Origin: Armatimonadota bacterium | GTDB taxonomy: Bacteria; Armatimonadota; UBA5829; DSUL01 | Reading direction: 5' to 3' | NCBI GenBank assembly: GCA_039811685.1 | Contig: JBDHZC010000002.1 | Location: 352,001-416,000 of the forward strand | DNA: 64,000 bases | Shown here: piece after piece, positions 41,967-51,832 of the stretch | How the letters are laid out: the number at the start of each line of letters is the position of its first letter | Position numbering within the stretch: the first letter of the stretch is position 1 | The notes under the pieces: model-generated | The model's input: the letters and a program-made list of their open reading frames with translations, nothing else | The model's database searches: none | What the model was told of the DNA's origin: nothing | Translations under genes and position numbers: made by a program

Positions 41967-42433
41967 GAATACAGACTCCTCCTTTTAGAAACCTTTCACA
42001 TTTTGAGAGAACGGGACGCATGCTGAGAGTCTCCCCTGGACGCGGAGCTCCAAAACCGGGCGACATATTCTCTTCGGTACCCAGTATCTCACAGTGCCAC
42101 GAATATGTAAAGATAATGCGACAAATAATGGCCTATTCTGACATGTTTTTTCTGTGACCAAAAACAACCCGGCAGTTGACGGACAACAAACGAAGGAAAT
42201 CAGCCGTTCCAAACAGGCGACCACGGGACAGCCGAGAACGCTGCGGCCGTGTACCGGCAGCAGAAAACGGTTTCAGAGGAATCGTAATGGAGTGGCTGCA
42301 AGTCTTGGACGTTAGCAAACGCACGAGGTGATCAGAAGAACTAACGGCCAGGTACCGCCGTTCCAGGCGACGGCTTCGACAGGTTGTGCCCTTCTCGCCC
42401 TTACCCGTTTTACGGTGCGGCGCGAACCGAGGC

Positions 42434-44191
42434 TCAGGCCACGCGGCTGATGGTCTGGCGCGCAATCTCCAGGTTGTTCGCCGCTTCAGGAAAGTCCGGC
42501 TCCAGCGCCAACGCTCTCTCCCAATTCTGAATCGCCAGCTCCAGGCGTCCAGATCGCACACATGCGTTGCCAGCGGCGAAGAAACCCGCCGCGTTGTTCG
42601 GGTCCAACTCGAGGGCCAGCGAGTAAAGATGCGCGGCATCCTCGTAAGCGCCTGCCCGGTACAGCGCATCGCCAGCGCCGAAGTATGGCTCCGCCCACGC
42701 CGGATTTGATGAGATTGCCCTCTCAAAGCACTTCAGAGCGCCGCGTACGTCCGCGCAAGCAGCACGCAGACGCCCCGCCTCCATCTGAATGTCCCCGCTT
42801 TCCGGCTCTGAAGAGACGGCTTTTTCCGCTTCCTCAAGCGCTTCCTCGGGCCTGTTCAGCTCAAGCAAAAGAAAACCCCGCCGGATGTGACTCTGAGCGC
42901 AGTCCGGTTGAACCTCGAGCAGGCGGTTGGCCATCTGCAAAGCGTCTCTCGTCCGATCCGCGTCGGTGAACACGGAGATTGAGAGTGTCAGGGCGTCAAT
43001 GTGATACGGGTGAAGCCTCAGCGCTTCCTGAAGCAGCTCCACCGCCTCCTGAACCCCACCCTTCAGGTGTTCCAGACAGGCTAGCAGGACGTAAGGCTCC
43101 GGCTGATCAGAGGCGTTCGCGAGCGCCTCGCGGGCGTGCGGCGTCGCTTCGTCCAGATCTCCGTTCTCCAGCAGCGCAAGCGCCAGTCCCATGGAAGCCC
43201 TGTAGCCAGCAATCCCAGGATCACAACCGAAGGGGTCTCTGGAGGGAGAACGGGCGAGATCGCGCGCTTCGGCAAAAGCCGCCGCCGCGGGCGGGAAATC
43301 GCCCAGTCCCATCTGACACCAGCCTTCCGCGAAAGACAACTCCGGGCTGGCCATTCCAAGGCGGCGGGCGTTGTCCGCCATCGCCGCTCCCACCTCGGGC
43401 GCGCCCAGTTCGCGCTGGCAAACGATCAGGAGCGCATAGATGGCGCAGGCCAGAGACGACGGGAGCTCTACATAGTCAGCCGCCAGCGAAAGATACTCCT
43501 CGGCCCCACTTAGATCTCCCGATCCATAATACTCCAGACCCAGCTCATAGAGCAGCTCCGCGTCTTTGGGGTAAGAGGCGAGCGCGCTCTTCAAACGCTT
43601 CACGTTGCGGTGAAACTCACCTGAAGGCTCAGGCGACTGCGCGTAGCCGTCGTGCAACAGACCGACGCGATCAAGAGCGCGAACGCATCCTTGCGTTCCA
43701 GGAGGAATAGATGCCAGGAAAGCCTTGTCATCCAGCTCCAGAGCCCAGCTTTTGCGTACAAGCCGGCAAGCGCGCCGCATGAACCCTTCCTGCGGTTGTG
43801 GCGGGGTGGAGCAGTTGCGGACCCATACTGAGAAGGCGTCAACTCCTGGCGCCGGGAGCGCTTTGCGGATCTGAGAGACAGACAAGGGCGCAAGCCACTC
43901 ATCGGATTCAATCCAGAAGACCCATTCGCCCTGACATTGCTCCAGAGCTGCGCGAAAAAGAAGGGCACGGTTGCTGGAAGCGCGGGCGCCAAGCACTTTT
44001 GCGCCGTACGTGGAGGCTGCGGCCCGCGCCAGCCCGTCTCGAGGCCGTGTGTCAACCACAACAATGTCTTCGGCGAGACTTGAGGCGCTCTTGAGCGCGC
44101 GCTCTATGGTCAGGCGGTTGTGGTCGGCGACGACGATCGCCGAAAGTTCAGCGGCACTCGGTGTATCGGTCTCTACCTTGGCTGTTTTCAT
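42434..44191 (-). CDS. GT2-like glycosyltransferase domain with TPR repeats
   Basis: IVVVDT, GEWVFWIESDEW (degenerate DxDE), LLHDGY, then multiple TPR motifs. Confidence 0.85.
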   Translation of the reverse strand: MKTAKVETDTPSAAELSAIVVADHNRLTIERALKSASSLAEDIVVVDTRPRDGLARAAASTYGAKVLGARASSNRALLFRAALEQCQGEWVFWIESDEWLAPLSVSQIRKALPAPGVDAFSVWVRNCSTPPQPQEGFMRRACRLVRKSWALELDDKAFLASIPPGTQGCVRALDRVGLLHDGYAQSPEPSGEFHRNVKRLKSALASYPKDAELLYELGLEYYGSGDLSGAEEYLSLAADYVELPSSLACAIYALLIVCQRELGAPEVGAAMADNARRLGMASPELSFAEGWCQMGLGDFPPAAAAFAEARDLARSPSRDPFGCDPGIAGYRASMGLALALLENGDLDEATPHAREALANASDQPEPYVLLACLEHLKGGVQEAVELLQEALRLHPYHIDALTLSISVFTDADRTRDALQMANRLLEVQPDCAQSHIRRGFLLLELNRPEEALEEAEKAVSSEPESGDIQMEAGRLRAACADVRGALKCFERAISSNPAWAEPYFGAGDALYRAGAYEDAAHLYSLALELDPNNAAGFFAAGNACVRSGRLELAIQNWERALALEPDFPEAANNLEIARQTISRVA

Positions 44192-44247
44192 CTCTGACTC
44201 GTGTGCTCCGAAACTTTCAAGTGTTTACGGTGGACTAACTATTGTAG

Positions 44248-44276
44248 TTATCGGCGCACAGGGTGAGCTTTCGTAG
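44248..44276 (-). promoter_or_regulatory. Putative sigma28-type -10 element upstream of the GT-TPR gene
   Basis: Minus strand GCCGATAAC about 57 nt upstream of the start. The -35 element is weak. Confidence 0.45.
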
Positions 44277-44512
44277 AGTGGCCAGCGCTTTTGACACGCG
44301 TCATAATAGCGCTCCGAGGGATTTCATCCCGCCGAGCCCGCCTGGCAACGGCTGACTTATCTCTTGTCAGCCCACTGAACTTTCCGCGCAGAGTCCATGC
44401 CATTCCGGCAAATTTGCTGTTCTCGCGCACGAATGGCAAATGCTATAATGGATTTGGAGGAGGTTCCGCAGGGCTGGGAATTTCAGCACCTTAGAGAGGA
44501 ACTCCAGGAACA

Positions 44513-45280
44513 ATGCCGTTCAAAATGGGCGCAGTATTCGCTCTGGTTCTGACCGCGCTTTGCCCGGCGTTCGGCGGACCGGTGAATTACACCCTCAGAA
44601 ACTTCGGTGTCCCGACACATGTCGTTACCGTTGACCTCTCCAGCCCCTATGTGAGCGTGAGAGCGCAGGTCGCCGCTGGTGGAATAGGAACTACCGAGTC
44701 TTTTCACTCCATGCTCCGGCGCACGCGGCCGGTGGCGGCGGTAACGGGCACGTTTTTCGACCCGAAAACGAAACTTCCGATTGGTGACATCGCTGTAGAT
44801 GGGCAACTCATTTGCAGGGGCATGATCGGCGACGGAATTTGCTTCACAAAAGGTGGTCAGCTTGAGATAGTCTCCCGAGCTGACGGCGTGGCAAACAACT
44901 GGCAGAATTACGACGCAGTCGTCTGCGGAGGCCCGACGCTGCTCATGGATGGTCAGTGGGCGCTATATCCCAGAGATCAAGGCTTCCGGGACCCCGCGCT
45001 CTTTGCGAAAAGGCCGCGCACCGCCGTCGGACATACGTACAACAACAAGATGGTGCTGGTCTCGGTCAACAGGCCAATACATCTGCGCACGCTGGGCAAG
45101 ATTATGCAGAAGCTGGGGTGCAAGGACGCAGTTTCGCTGGACGGCGGCTCCTCCACGGGCTTGTGGTTCAACGGCCGCATTCTCTCCGAGCCTGCCAGGC
45201 GTCTGACGAATGTAGTAGCGGTGCATATCAACAATCCACTGCGGGGCCAGGTGGCCTCCGGGCCGGTTTCCCGCAGCTAG
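44513..45280 (+). CDS. Phosphodiester glycosidase (NAGPA/DUF2233) family, secreted
   Basis: Signal peptide, AVTGTFF, GGPTLL, RPRTAVG and SLDGGSST. TGCTATAAT upstream. Confidence 0.9.
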   Translation: MPFKMGAVFALVLTALCPAFGGPVNYTLRNFGVPTHVVTVDLSSPYVSVRAQVAAGGIGTTESFHSMLRRTRPVAAVTGTFFDPKTKLPIGDIAVDGQLICRGMIGDGICFTKGGQLEIVSRADGVANNWQNYDAVVCGGPTLLMDGQWALYPRDQGFRDPALFAKRPRTAVGHTYNNKMVLVSVNRPIHLRTLGKIMQKLGCKDAVSLDGGSSTGLWFNGRILSEPARRLTNVVAVHINNPLRGQVASGPVSRS

Positions 45281-45340
45281 GACACGCGCACAGAGCGCAA
45301 CAACAGTTTGTATGGCCGGCAGTTAGCGCCGGCAACGAGA

Positions 45341-45380
45341 AAGGCCGTCCCGAATATGTTCGAGACGGCCTTCGAGTTTT
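45341..45380. terminator. Likely bidirectional terminator between convergent genes
   Basis: AAGGCCGTC...GACGGCCTT stem, followed by a T tract. Confidence 0.6.
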
Positions 45381-45417
45381 TGCACGCACCAGAAAAACCT
45401 GGTCTGGAACCCAAAAC

Positions 45418-46020
45418 CTAGCGGGCTTCTGCTCGCAGGTCCCTGGATGGGGTGACGGCCTTATCCGAGTTCAGCGGACAGTCTTCGCCGGTCGTGCAGT
45501 TTGCGGCCATGCCACAGTGGCCCATAAGGCCGGTTGTCCATAAGGCGTAGCTGGCATGAGAGGCGCCATTGCCACGGTACGTTGCCGCAGAAGCGCGCAG
45601 CAGCTCAGCATAAGCCCCACCGGCTTTTACGGCCAGATTCCGTACTTCAGCATCCCTGGCGCCAGCCTCCACAGCTTTGGCCACGGCGGCATTAGCCTGA
45701 GAAAAGCTGACCATCGCCTTGCGGACACCAGCCGGAACGTCGGTCATGGCCGCTGCGGAGGCGTTTACGCCACTCTTCTGCGCGCAGCAGGCATCCTGTG
45801 TTGCGGCCGCAGACTTCGAATACGCGCACTGGCCGGCTGCTTTCGAAGCACTGTCGGCTGTCATCGCTACCGGCTGAGCGGCGGCCGTAGCGCTGGCCTT
45901 TGTCGCGCAGCACCCTTCACCGCCGGCAGTCGCCTGACGGGAAGTGCTCGTGAGACCTGCTCCCACCAGCACTGCTGCCACGCCCAGCGCTGCAAACACG
46001 GACTTGTTCGATGTTGGCAT
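45418..46020 (-). CDS. Secreted Cys-rich hypothetical protein
   Basis: AGGAG RBS, signal peptide, and CC/C clusters in Ala-rich low-complexity sequence. Confidence 0.75.
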   Translation of the reverse strand: MPTSNKSVFAALGVAAVLVGAGLTSTSRQATAGGEGCCATKASATAAAQPVAMTADSASKAAGQCAYSKSAAATQDACCAQKSGVNASAAAMTDVPAGVRKAMVSFSQANAAVAKAVEAGARDAEVRNLAVKAGGAYAELLRASAATYRGNGASHASYALWTTGLMGHCGMAANCTTGEDCPLNSDKAVTPSRDLRAEAR

Positions 46021-46091
46021 TGTCTAAACTCCTATTGGAAAGTGGATACGGTTGTGAGGAAGCGCGGATTTGGTGCACCCTCCAGTCTTGA

Positions 46092-46120
46092 TACTACGTC
46101 CCTGAGGTAGCCCAGGTTCC
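46092..46120 (-). promoter_or_regulatory. Putative ECF sigma promoter
   Basis: Minus strand GGAACC-N16-CGTAGTA. Confidence 0.5.
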
Positions 46121-46345
46121 GCAAGAAGAGACCGCAGGCTGCCCTGCTATGCATTATACCTCACTGGCTGCGTGCGGAACTAACGCAACGTCACCCTGTA
46201 GCCGTCTGAACCTTCCTGCAGCGCACAGGAACCCCGCTGGCTCACCGCAGCGTTGAAACAGGCGGCGCGATCGGAAGCACTGAAACTGCAGGACGGCAGA
46301 CTGGAAAGCAATCCAGCCCGTAGCGTTGGGGATCACGCATTCGAG

Positions 46346-46756
46346 ATGGCGGACGTTGGAAGGATTTTCGAAATGACAAAGACCGAGGAAGAGTGGCGTC
46401 AGAGACTGACACCGGAGCAGTACCGCGTCTGCCGCGAGAAAGGCACGGAAGCTCCGTTTACAGGCAAATACTGGGACAATCACGAGACGGGTGATTATCT
46501 CTGCGTTGCGTGTGGGCAGAAGTTGTTTGCGTCAGACACGAAGTTCGACTCGGGCAGCGGATGGCCCAGCTTCTACAAACCAGTGGATGAGCAAGCGGTG
46601 AGCGCACAGGACGATGGCAGTCACGGAATGTCGCGCACAGAAGTCCTATGCCGAGGGTGCGGCTCACACCTCGGACACGTCTTTCCAGACGGCCCGGAGC
46701 CGACGGGGCTGCGCTACTGCATCAACTCTGTAGCCCTGGATTTCCAGAAACAGTAA
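46346..46756 (+). CDS. msrB: Peptide-methionine (R)-S-oxide reductase
   Basis: [35 protein letters not shown] and RYCINS. Confidence 0.97.
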   Translation: MADVGRIFEMTKTEEEWRQRLTPEQYRVCREKGTEAPFTGKYWDNHETGDYLCVACGQKLFASDTKFDSGSGWPSFYKPVDEQAVSAQDDGSHGMSRTEVLCRGCGSHLGHVFPDGPEPTGLRYCINSVALDFQKQ

Positions 46757-46773
46757 AACCCTGAGCGGCCTTT

Positions 46774-48087
46774 TCAGAAAATGCGGCTGATGGGGCGATT
46801 GAGCGCAGCGAGCACACTGGCAGCGGCGGCGCGATGGGTATCGTTGCGCCGGACTACGGCAACTCCGTAGCAGGGCAGTATCTCACGGGCGCTGGCCAGC
46901 AGAGCGGTGGCGATAATGACGACGCTCTTATCCGGCAGCGTAAACTCTGAGACATCTTCCACTGCAACATGGTGACCCTCTGGAAGCGCCTGTTGAACAG
47001 CGCCTGCGCAAACGTCAGCCGCCAATCGAAGAGAAGAGCGCAGTGTACCCAGGCCACTGAGCTGATGCCGGTAGACGTCCTCACCTCGCGTCAAGGTGAC
47101 GTGGAAGCTGGCCTGCGAACCAGCAGAAGAGTAACCAATCTCTTTGAGTTCAAAGCGTGCGGGCGGCGCGGTCTGGGCAGGCGCAGAGGCTCCAGTAGCT
47201 TCGACAGGTAAACCAGCCTGTGACCCAGCGGCTTTTGCGGTAGCTGCGGACTCTTCTTCTGCGCGGCGCTTGTCCTGCTTCATGCGCGTGCACTCTCTGC
47301 TTGCGCGGTTGAGGAGATCGTCAATGGTGGCGGCGTAGTGCGTGTCCTCACGCTCCCGGGTTCTGCGTCCGCCTGAGACGCCGAAAGAGATGGACAGCTC
47401 CTCCTCCAGTCCTTCGACGTGCAGCCTCGAAACCGCCTGCTGTGCAATTTCAGCCAGTTCCCGGGACTCAGCGTGGGTGCGCATCGTCGCAATTACGAAC
47501 TCATCTCCCCCCATCCGGCACAGCATATCCCGGGACGAATCTTCCAGCCCCTTCAGGACAGATGTCAGAGCCTTGAGCACCGAATCTCCCATTATGTGGC
47601 CGTACTTCTTGTTGAACTTGCCGAAGAGATCGATATCGAAGAAGATAACCGAGATCTCCTCACCGGCGTGAAGTCTGGCGCGCGCCCACTCGCGCAGGGT
47701 GTCCGACCAGGGTAGCGCAGTGAGAGGGTCAAACGACTTCCCGAGTTCCGGGATAATGTCCGTGTGCGTGACGATGCCAGCCAGACTTCCCTCCTCCTCC
47801 ACGAGAAGCCTGGTGACGCCGGACTCCGCCATCTTGTCCGCCGCCTTGTGCACTGGCGTATCTGGCGCAACGGTCACGAAGTCCCGCTGCATAACCTCTT
47901 CCACCGCAATGGACGGATCGCATCCCAGCAAATCCGCACGCTGAACCAGCCCGATCAGCGCCTCGCCATTGACGACCGGCAGCGCGCCAATCTGGTGTCC
48001 CTTCATCAGCACGACCGCAGTCTTTACCGTACTGGCAGGGTGAATCGTGACAATGTCCTGGCTCATGATGTCCCGGACAGTCTTCAT
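46774..48087 (-). CDS. CBS-pair + GGDEF diguanylate cyclase with extra C-terminal domain
   Basis: Two CBS repeats, DPLTAL, FFDIDLF..FNKKYGH..GD and RMGGDEF. Confidence 0.9.
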   Translation of the reverse strand: MKTVRDIMSQDIVTIHPASTVKTAVVLMKGHQIGALPVVNGEALIGLVQRADLLGCDPSIAVEEVMQRDFVTVAPDTPVHKAADKMAESGVTRLLVEEEGSLAGIVTHTDIIPELGKSFDPLTALPWSDTLREWARARLHAGEEISVIFFDIDLFGKFNKKYGHIMGDSVLKALTSVLKGLEDSSRDMLCRMGGDEFVIATMRTHAESRELAEIAQQAVSRLHVEGLEEELSISFGVSGGRRTREREDTHYAATIDDLLNRASRECTRMKQDKRRAEEESAATAKAAGSQAGLPVEATGASAPAQTAPPARFELKEIGYSSAGSQASFHVTLTRGEDVYRHQLSGLGTLRSSLRLAADVCAGAVQQALPEGHHVAVEDVSEFTLPDKSVVIIATALLASAREILPCYGVAVVRRNDTHRAAAASVLAALNRPISRIF

Positions 48088-48387
48088 GAATGCGCGAGGT
48101 CCTTTCCGCAGTGGAGAGAGAGTCAGTGGAAACAGCGCAGCCCGGCGTAAATATCGCAGCTGAACAGTCTCAGGACAGCCGCGCCGCCCGCGCGCAATTT
48201 TCCCACCTCAACTATAGCACGCCGCAGCCGCTTGCCAGAACTCGAAAAGATACGGGTTTTGGACGATCTGAGGGCGGAAGACGTTTTCTACAGCCGGGAC
48301 TAGCCGCGCCGGGATACGCTGACGCGCCGCTGTCCTAATGGCAGCGGATAGCGACCATTACGGCCACAGCGTGAAACAAGAAGTGAA

Positions 48388-49062
48388 TCAATCCATCTGC
48401 GAGATCAGGTGACGGACGTCTTCGTTCAGAAATTGATACGCGCTGTCCATCATCGTCTCGACCGGATCAACTCCGGAGATAGGGTTCGCTCCGAACTGCA
48501 CATCCAGCTCGACGTAGAGTTGCGACAGGTCGGAGAAGAACGGCTCTATGCGCAGATCGTAGGCGCCGTTGTTGCTGTGCGTAACCAGGCGCATCCCGCA
48601 CCCTTTGCGCTCCCCTGAAAGCTGATTGAGTTGCGTCTTGAATGCGGAGAAGACCGAGTTCTCAAGCAGGGCCGCTGCTCCCGCGTCTTCCACCGGCATG
48701 AATGAGGTCAGCTTCACGCCAAAGGTCAGAAACTGCTGGATATTCAGGTTTTCTGACACCATCTCAAAGACCTGCAGGGTCTTTTCCTTAGTCAGCTCAA
48801 AGTGAAAAATGTTGGCATCATTGATTTGGAGACGTCCGGCTTCTCCCGGGTTGTTCTGGCCAGGAGCGGAGCCCATCGTGATGATGCAGTCATTCTCAGG
48901 ATTATACATCCGCACGCCATTGGGGAGATGCTGTAGATTCTGGTAGGGAAACTGCTCTGTGACTGCGGCATACAGCCGGTTCATTTCGGACGCCTCAAAC
49001 GGACGGCCGGGGAAAAGCAGTCCTGCGGTCATGCGGCGGGCATTCAGCAATTCTGTGTTCAT
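48388..49062 (-). CDS. Hypothetical protein (possibly TIGR04255-like fold)
   Basis: Clean 224-aa ORF with globular composition. The fold guess is weak. Confidence 0.65.
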   Translation of the reverse strand: MNTELLNARRMTAGLLFPGRPFEASEMNRLYAAVTEQFPYQNLQHLPNGVRMYNPENDCIITMGSAPGQNNPGEAGRLQINDANIFHFELTKEKTLQVFEMVSENLNIQQFLTFGVKLTSFMPVEDAGAAALLENSVFSAFKTQLNQLSGERKGCGMRLVTHSNNGAYDLRIEPFFSDLSQLYVELDVQFGANPISGVDPVETMMDSAYQFLNEDVRHLISQMD

Positions 49063-49208
49063 TGTGGCAAACGCGCTCCCGGTAAAATTCCTCTACTACA
49101 CCCGCATTCTATCATGTGAGCGCACAATTTCCACGCATCTGAGCGTGGGAACGGCACATACTCGACGCGCGTTTGTTGCACAAAAGCTCTCACGAGGAAA
49201 AGCAAAGA

Positions 49209-49625
49209 ATGGAACTCCGCGAAAGATTGACGAATATCGGCCTGTTGTGGTTGCGTGTACTGACCGGACTGGGGATTGCCAGTCATGGCTACCAGAAGCT
49301 CTTTGGCGGCATCATGCCGCAGTTCATGGAAGGTGTGGCGAAGCTCGGCCTGCCGGCGGCAGGTTTTTTTGCGCACGCTGCTGGCGCTTCAGAGTTCTTC
49401 GGCGGGCTTCTGATCGCGCTAGGGCTGTTCACACGCGTTGGCGCTGTCTTCGTGTTCTTCACTATGAGCGTTGCAGCCTTTCACGCCCACGCCGGAACTC
49501 CGTTCTCGGAGCGGGAGCTGCCGCTGGCCTACTGGACAGTCTCCTCCGCCCTGATCCTGCTCGGTGCGGGAAGGTGCTCTCTGGACTGGCTGTTCTTTGG
49601 AAGGGGCCGCGCCGGAAAGAGCTGA
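49209..49625 (+). CDS. DoxX family membrane protein
   Basis: LRVLTG, HGYQKL, EFFGGLLIALGLFTR and GAGRCSLD. Confidence 0.93.
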   Translation: MELRERLTNIGLLWLRVLTGLGIASHGYQKLFGGIMPQFMEGVAKLGLPAAGFFAHAAGASEFFGGLLIALGLFTRVGAVFVFFTMSVAAFHAHAGTPFSERELPLAYWTVSSALILLGAGRCSLDWLFFGRGRAGKS

Positions 49626-49731
49626 TCTGTCCGGCAGGCTTTTGACGCCCAGCGCATAAGTGGCACGCAAGCGCCCCGCGAACGAACTCACAAAGAGTGT
49701 CAGACTCACGCGGGCGCCGAACGGAGTCACT

Positions 49732-50979
49732 ATGGGAATCATGTATTGCTTTGCTGTTGTGGCCTTGATGGCGATGCCGGCCCGCGCATTTGCCGGAAAC
49801 CCACCACAACACCCTGCATCGCTGGACGTGATGGACTACGGCGCAAAAGGCGACGGAAAGTCCGATGACACGTCTGCTTTTCAGAAGGCGATAGACGAGG
49901 CCAACGCCCTTGGCGGATGCGTTGTGACAGTACCGCGAGGTGACTTTCTCATCAAGGGACATCTCACGGTCAAAGACAATGTCGTCTTGAAAGGTGTCTT
50001 CGAAGCCCCCACAGCACGGACTCAGATGAAAGGCAGCACGCTGCTGGCCGTGGAGGGAGCAGGGAGCGAAAACGGCGAGCCTTTCATTACACTGAAGACC
50101 AATGGAACGCTGAAAGGGCTGACCATTCACTATCCGGAACAGTCTTCCGACAGCCCGAAACCCTATCCCTGGACCGTGCGGGGCGATGGTGACAACTGTT
50201 CCATCGTGGATGTGCTGATGACCAACCCGTGGAACGCCGTGGACTTTGGAACACTCCCGGCAGGGCGGCACTACATCAAGGGGCTTTACGCCCAGCCGCT
50301 CCACACAGGTATCTTTATTGATAAGTGCTTCGATGTGGGACGCGTGGAAGACGTACACCTCTGGCCATTCTGGGATGTGAGCGAAAAGATGCAGAAGTAC
50401 CTTGCCGCAAACGCGACCGCGTTTGTGATCGGACGCACGGACTGGGAGTATATGCTGAACTGCTTCTGCATCTTCTACAAGGTCGGCTTCCATTTTGTGG
50501 CGAATGCCGATGGCCCTGGCAACTGCGTGATACTGAATTCCGGGTCGGACGTGGGCCCGACCGCGGTGCTTGTGGACGCGGTGCAGGATCATGCCGGTGT
50601 GGCGTTCACGAACTGCCAGTTTATGACAGGCGTGCGCATCAGTCCGGGCAACAAAGGACCGGTGAAGTTCACAAGCTGCGGGTTCTGGGGAATCCCTGGA
50701 GCGAAAAATCACGCCGTGCTGGAAGGACAGGGACAGACGAGCTTTGTCAACTGCCACTTCACGTGGGCGCACTACGACAATTCCGCGCCGACGATTCTGG
50801 CAAAGGGCGGCGGCCTTCTTGTGAATGGCTGTGACTTTATGGATAGTGAGAAGACGCAGATTGTGCTGGAGAAGGGCGTGGAGTCGGCCATCATCACCTC
50901 CAATCGCCTGCGCGGCGGAGAAAAGATCACCAACAACACCGAAGGCGACGTCCAGATCGGACTCAACAGCAAAAAGTAA
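49732..50979 (+). CDS. Secreted right-handed beta-helix protein (Pectate_lyase_3/GH28-related)
   Basis: Signal peptide, DVMDYGAKGDGKSDDTSAFQKAID, and beta-helix N/C ladder repeats. Confidence 0.88.
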   Translation: MGIMYCFAVVALMAMPARAFAGNPPQHPASLDVMDYGAKGDGKSDDTSAFQKAIDEANALGGCVVTVPRGDFLIKGHLTVKDNVVLKGVFEAPTARTQMKGSTLLAVEGAGSENGEPFITLKTNGTLKGLTIHYPEQSSDSPKPYPWTVRGDGDNCSIVDVLMTNPWNAVDFGTLPAGRHYIKGLYAQPLHTGIFIDKCFDVGRVEDVHLWPFWDVSEKMQKYLAANATAFVIGRTDWEYMLNCFCIFYKVGFHFVANADGPGNCVILNSGSDVGPTAVLVDAVQDHAGVAFTNCQFMTGVRISPGNKGPVKFTSCGFWGIPGAKNHAVLEGQGQTSFVNCHFTWAHYDNSAPTILAKGGGLLVNGCDFMDSEKTQIVLEKGVESAIITSNRLRGGEKITNNTEGDVQIGLNSKK

Positions 50980-51142
50980 GCGCATCATGCCCGTGTCCTG
51001 CGCGTGAACTGTGACCAACTCAGGCGACTCTCGCGCAGGATTTTTCCCACGACTACGGCCGTCAAGGCGTCCTTGCCTGTTAGCGCAGAAAAAGTTGGAA
51101 AAGATTCCGTCGTTCTGTTAGCTATATGTGACTGAACAAGGG

Positions 51143-51171
51143 TATAATTGACCGGAATACGAATTTAGTCA
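51143..51171 (+). promoter_or_regulatory. -10 box plus candidate TetR operator
   Basis: TATAAT (51143-51148) directly followed by the imperfect inverted repeat TGAC-N15-GTCA. Confidence 0.45.
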
Positions 51172-51178
51172 TGGAGTC

Positions 51179-51787
51179 ATGGTCAGCAAGTCCGCGCCTT
51201 CAACAGACGACACCCGCGATGTCATTCTGGATGCTGCCAACCGCCTATTTGCTCGCTACGGTTATCGGAAGACAACTGTGGACGATCTTGCCCGCGAGGC
51301 GGGCATCGGCAAAGGCAGCGTCTATCTGCATTTCCCCAGCAAACAGGAGGTTGCTCTGTCGCTGATAGACAGGGTGAATGTGGAGTTGCAGGAGCAGTTG
51401 CGCGCAATTCTGCGGGAAGGATCGAGCCCGGAGTTACGACTGCGCAAAATGCTGGAGGCGCGGGTTTTGGTTCGCTTTGATGCGGTGCAGCATTTCACAG
51501 AGAGTCTGGACGACATCTTTGCGGACTTGCGTCCGCAGATTATGGAGCGGCGAGAGGGCTATCATCGGGTTGAAGCGCAGCTTTTTGCGACACTTCTGGA
51601 AGAGGCCAGGGCGAATGAGCAGATGCAGTTTGACAGCGCGCAGAACGCAGCCTACAGTCTTCTGATTGCCACAGCTTCTCTGTTGCCCTACAGTCTCAGC
51701 GCGCAGCAGTTGGGCGACCGTGACGAGATTATCAGGAAAGTGAGACGCCTGGCGGAGTTGATGTTGCGCGGACTCTTGAGCCGGTGA
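51179..51787 (+). CDS. TetR/AcrR family regulator
   Basis: ILDAA..LF...GY..TTVDDLAREAGIGKGSVYLHFPSK. Confidence 0.95.
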   Translation: MVSKSAPSTDDTRDVILDAANRLFARYGYRKTTVDDLAREAGIGKGSVYLHFPSKQEVALSLIDRVNVELQEQLRAILREGSSPELRLRKMLEARVLVRFDAVQHFTESLDDIFADLRPQIMERREGYHRVEAQLFATLLEEARANEQMQFDSAQNAAYSLLIATASLLPYSLSAQQLGDRDEIIRKVRRLAELMLRGLLSR

Positions 51788-51832
51788 CTCAGCCGGGAGT
51801 GCGGCGGTCTGCCCCGCATCAGGACCCTTTTT

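Noticed and set aside
49462..51018. 518-aa minus-strand ORF, and similar shadows at 5106-6275, 27001-28248, 16970-17920 and 35946-36839
   Set aside because: All lie antisense to well-supported genes, which is expected in GC-rich DNA.
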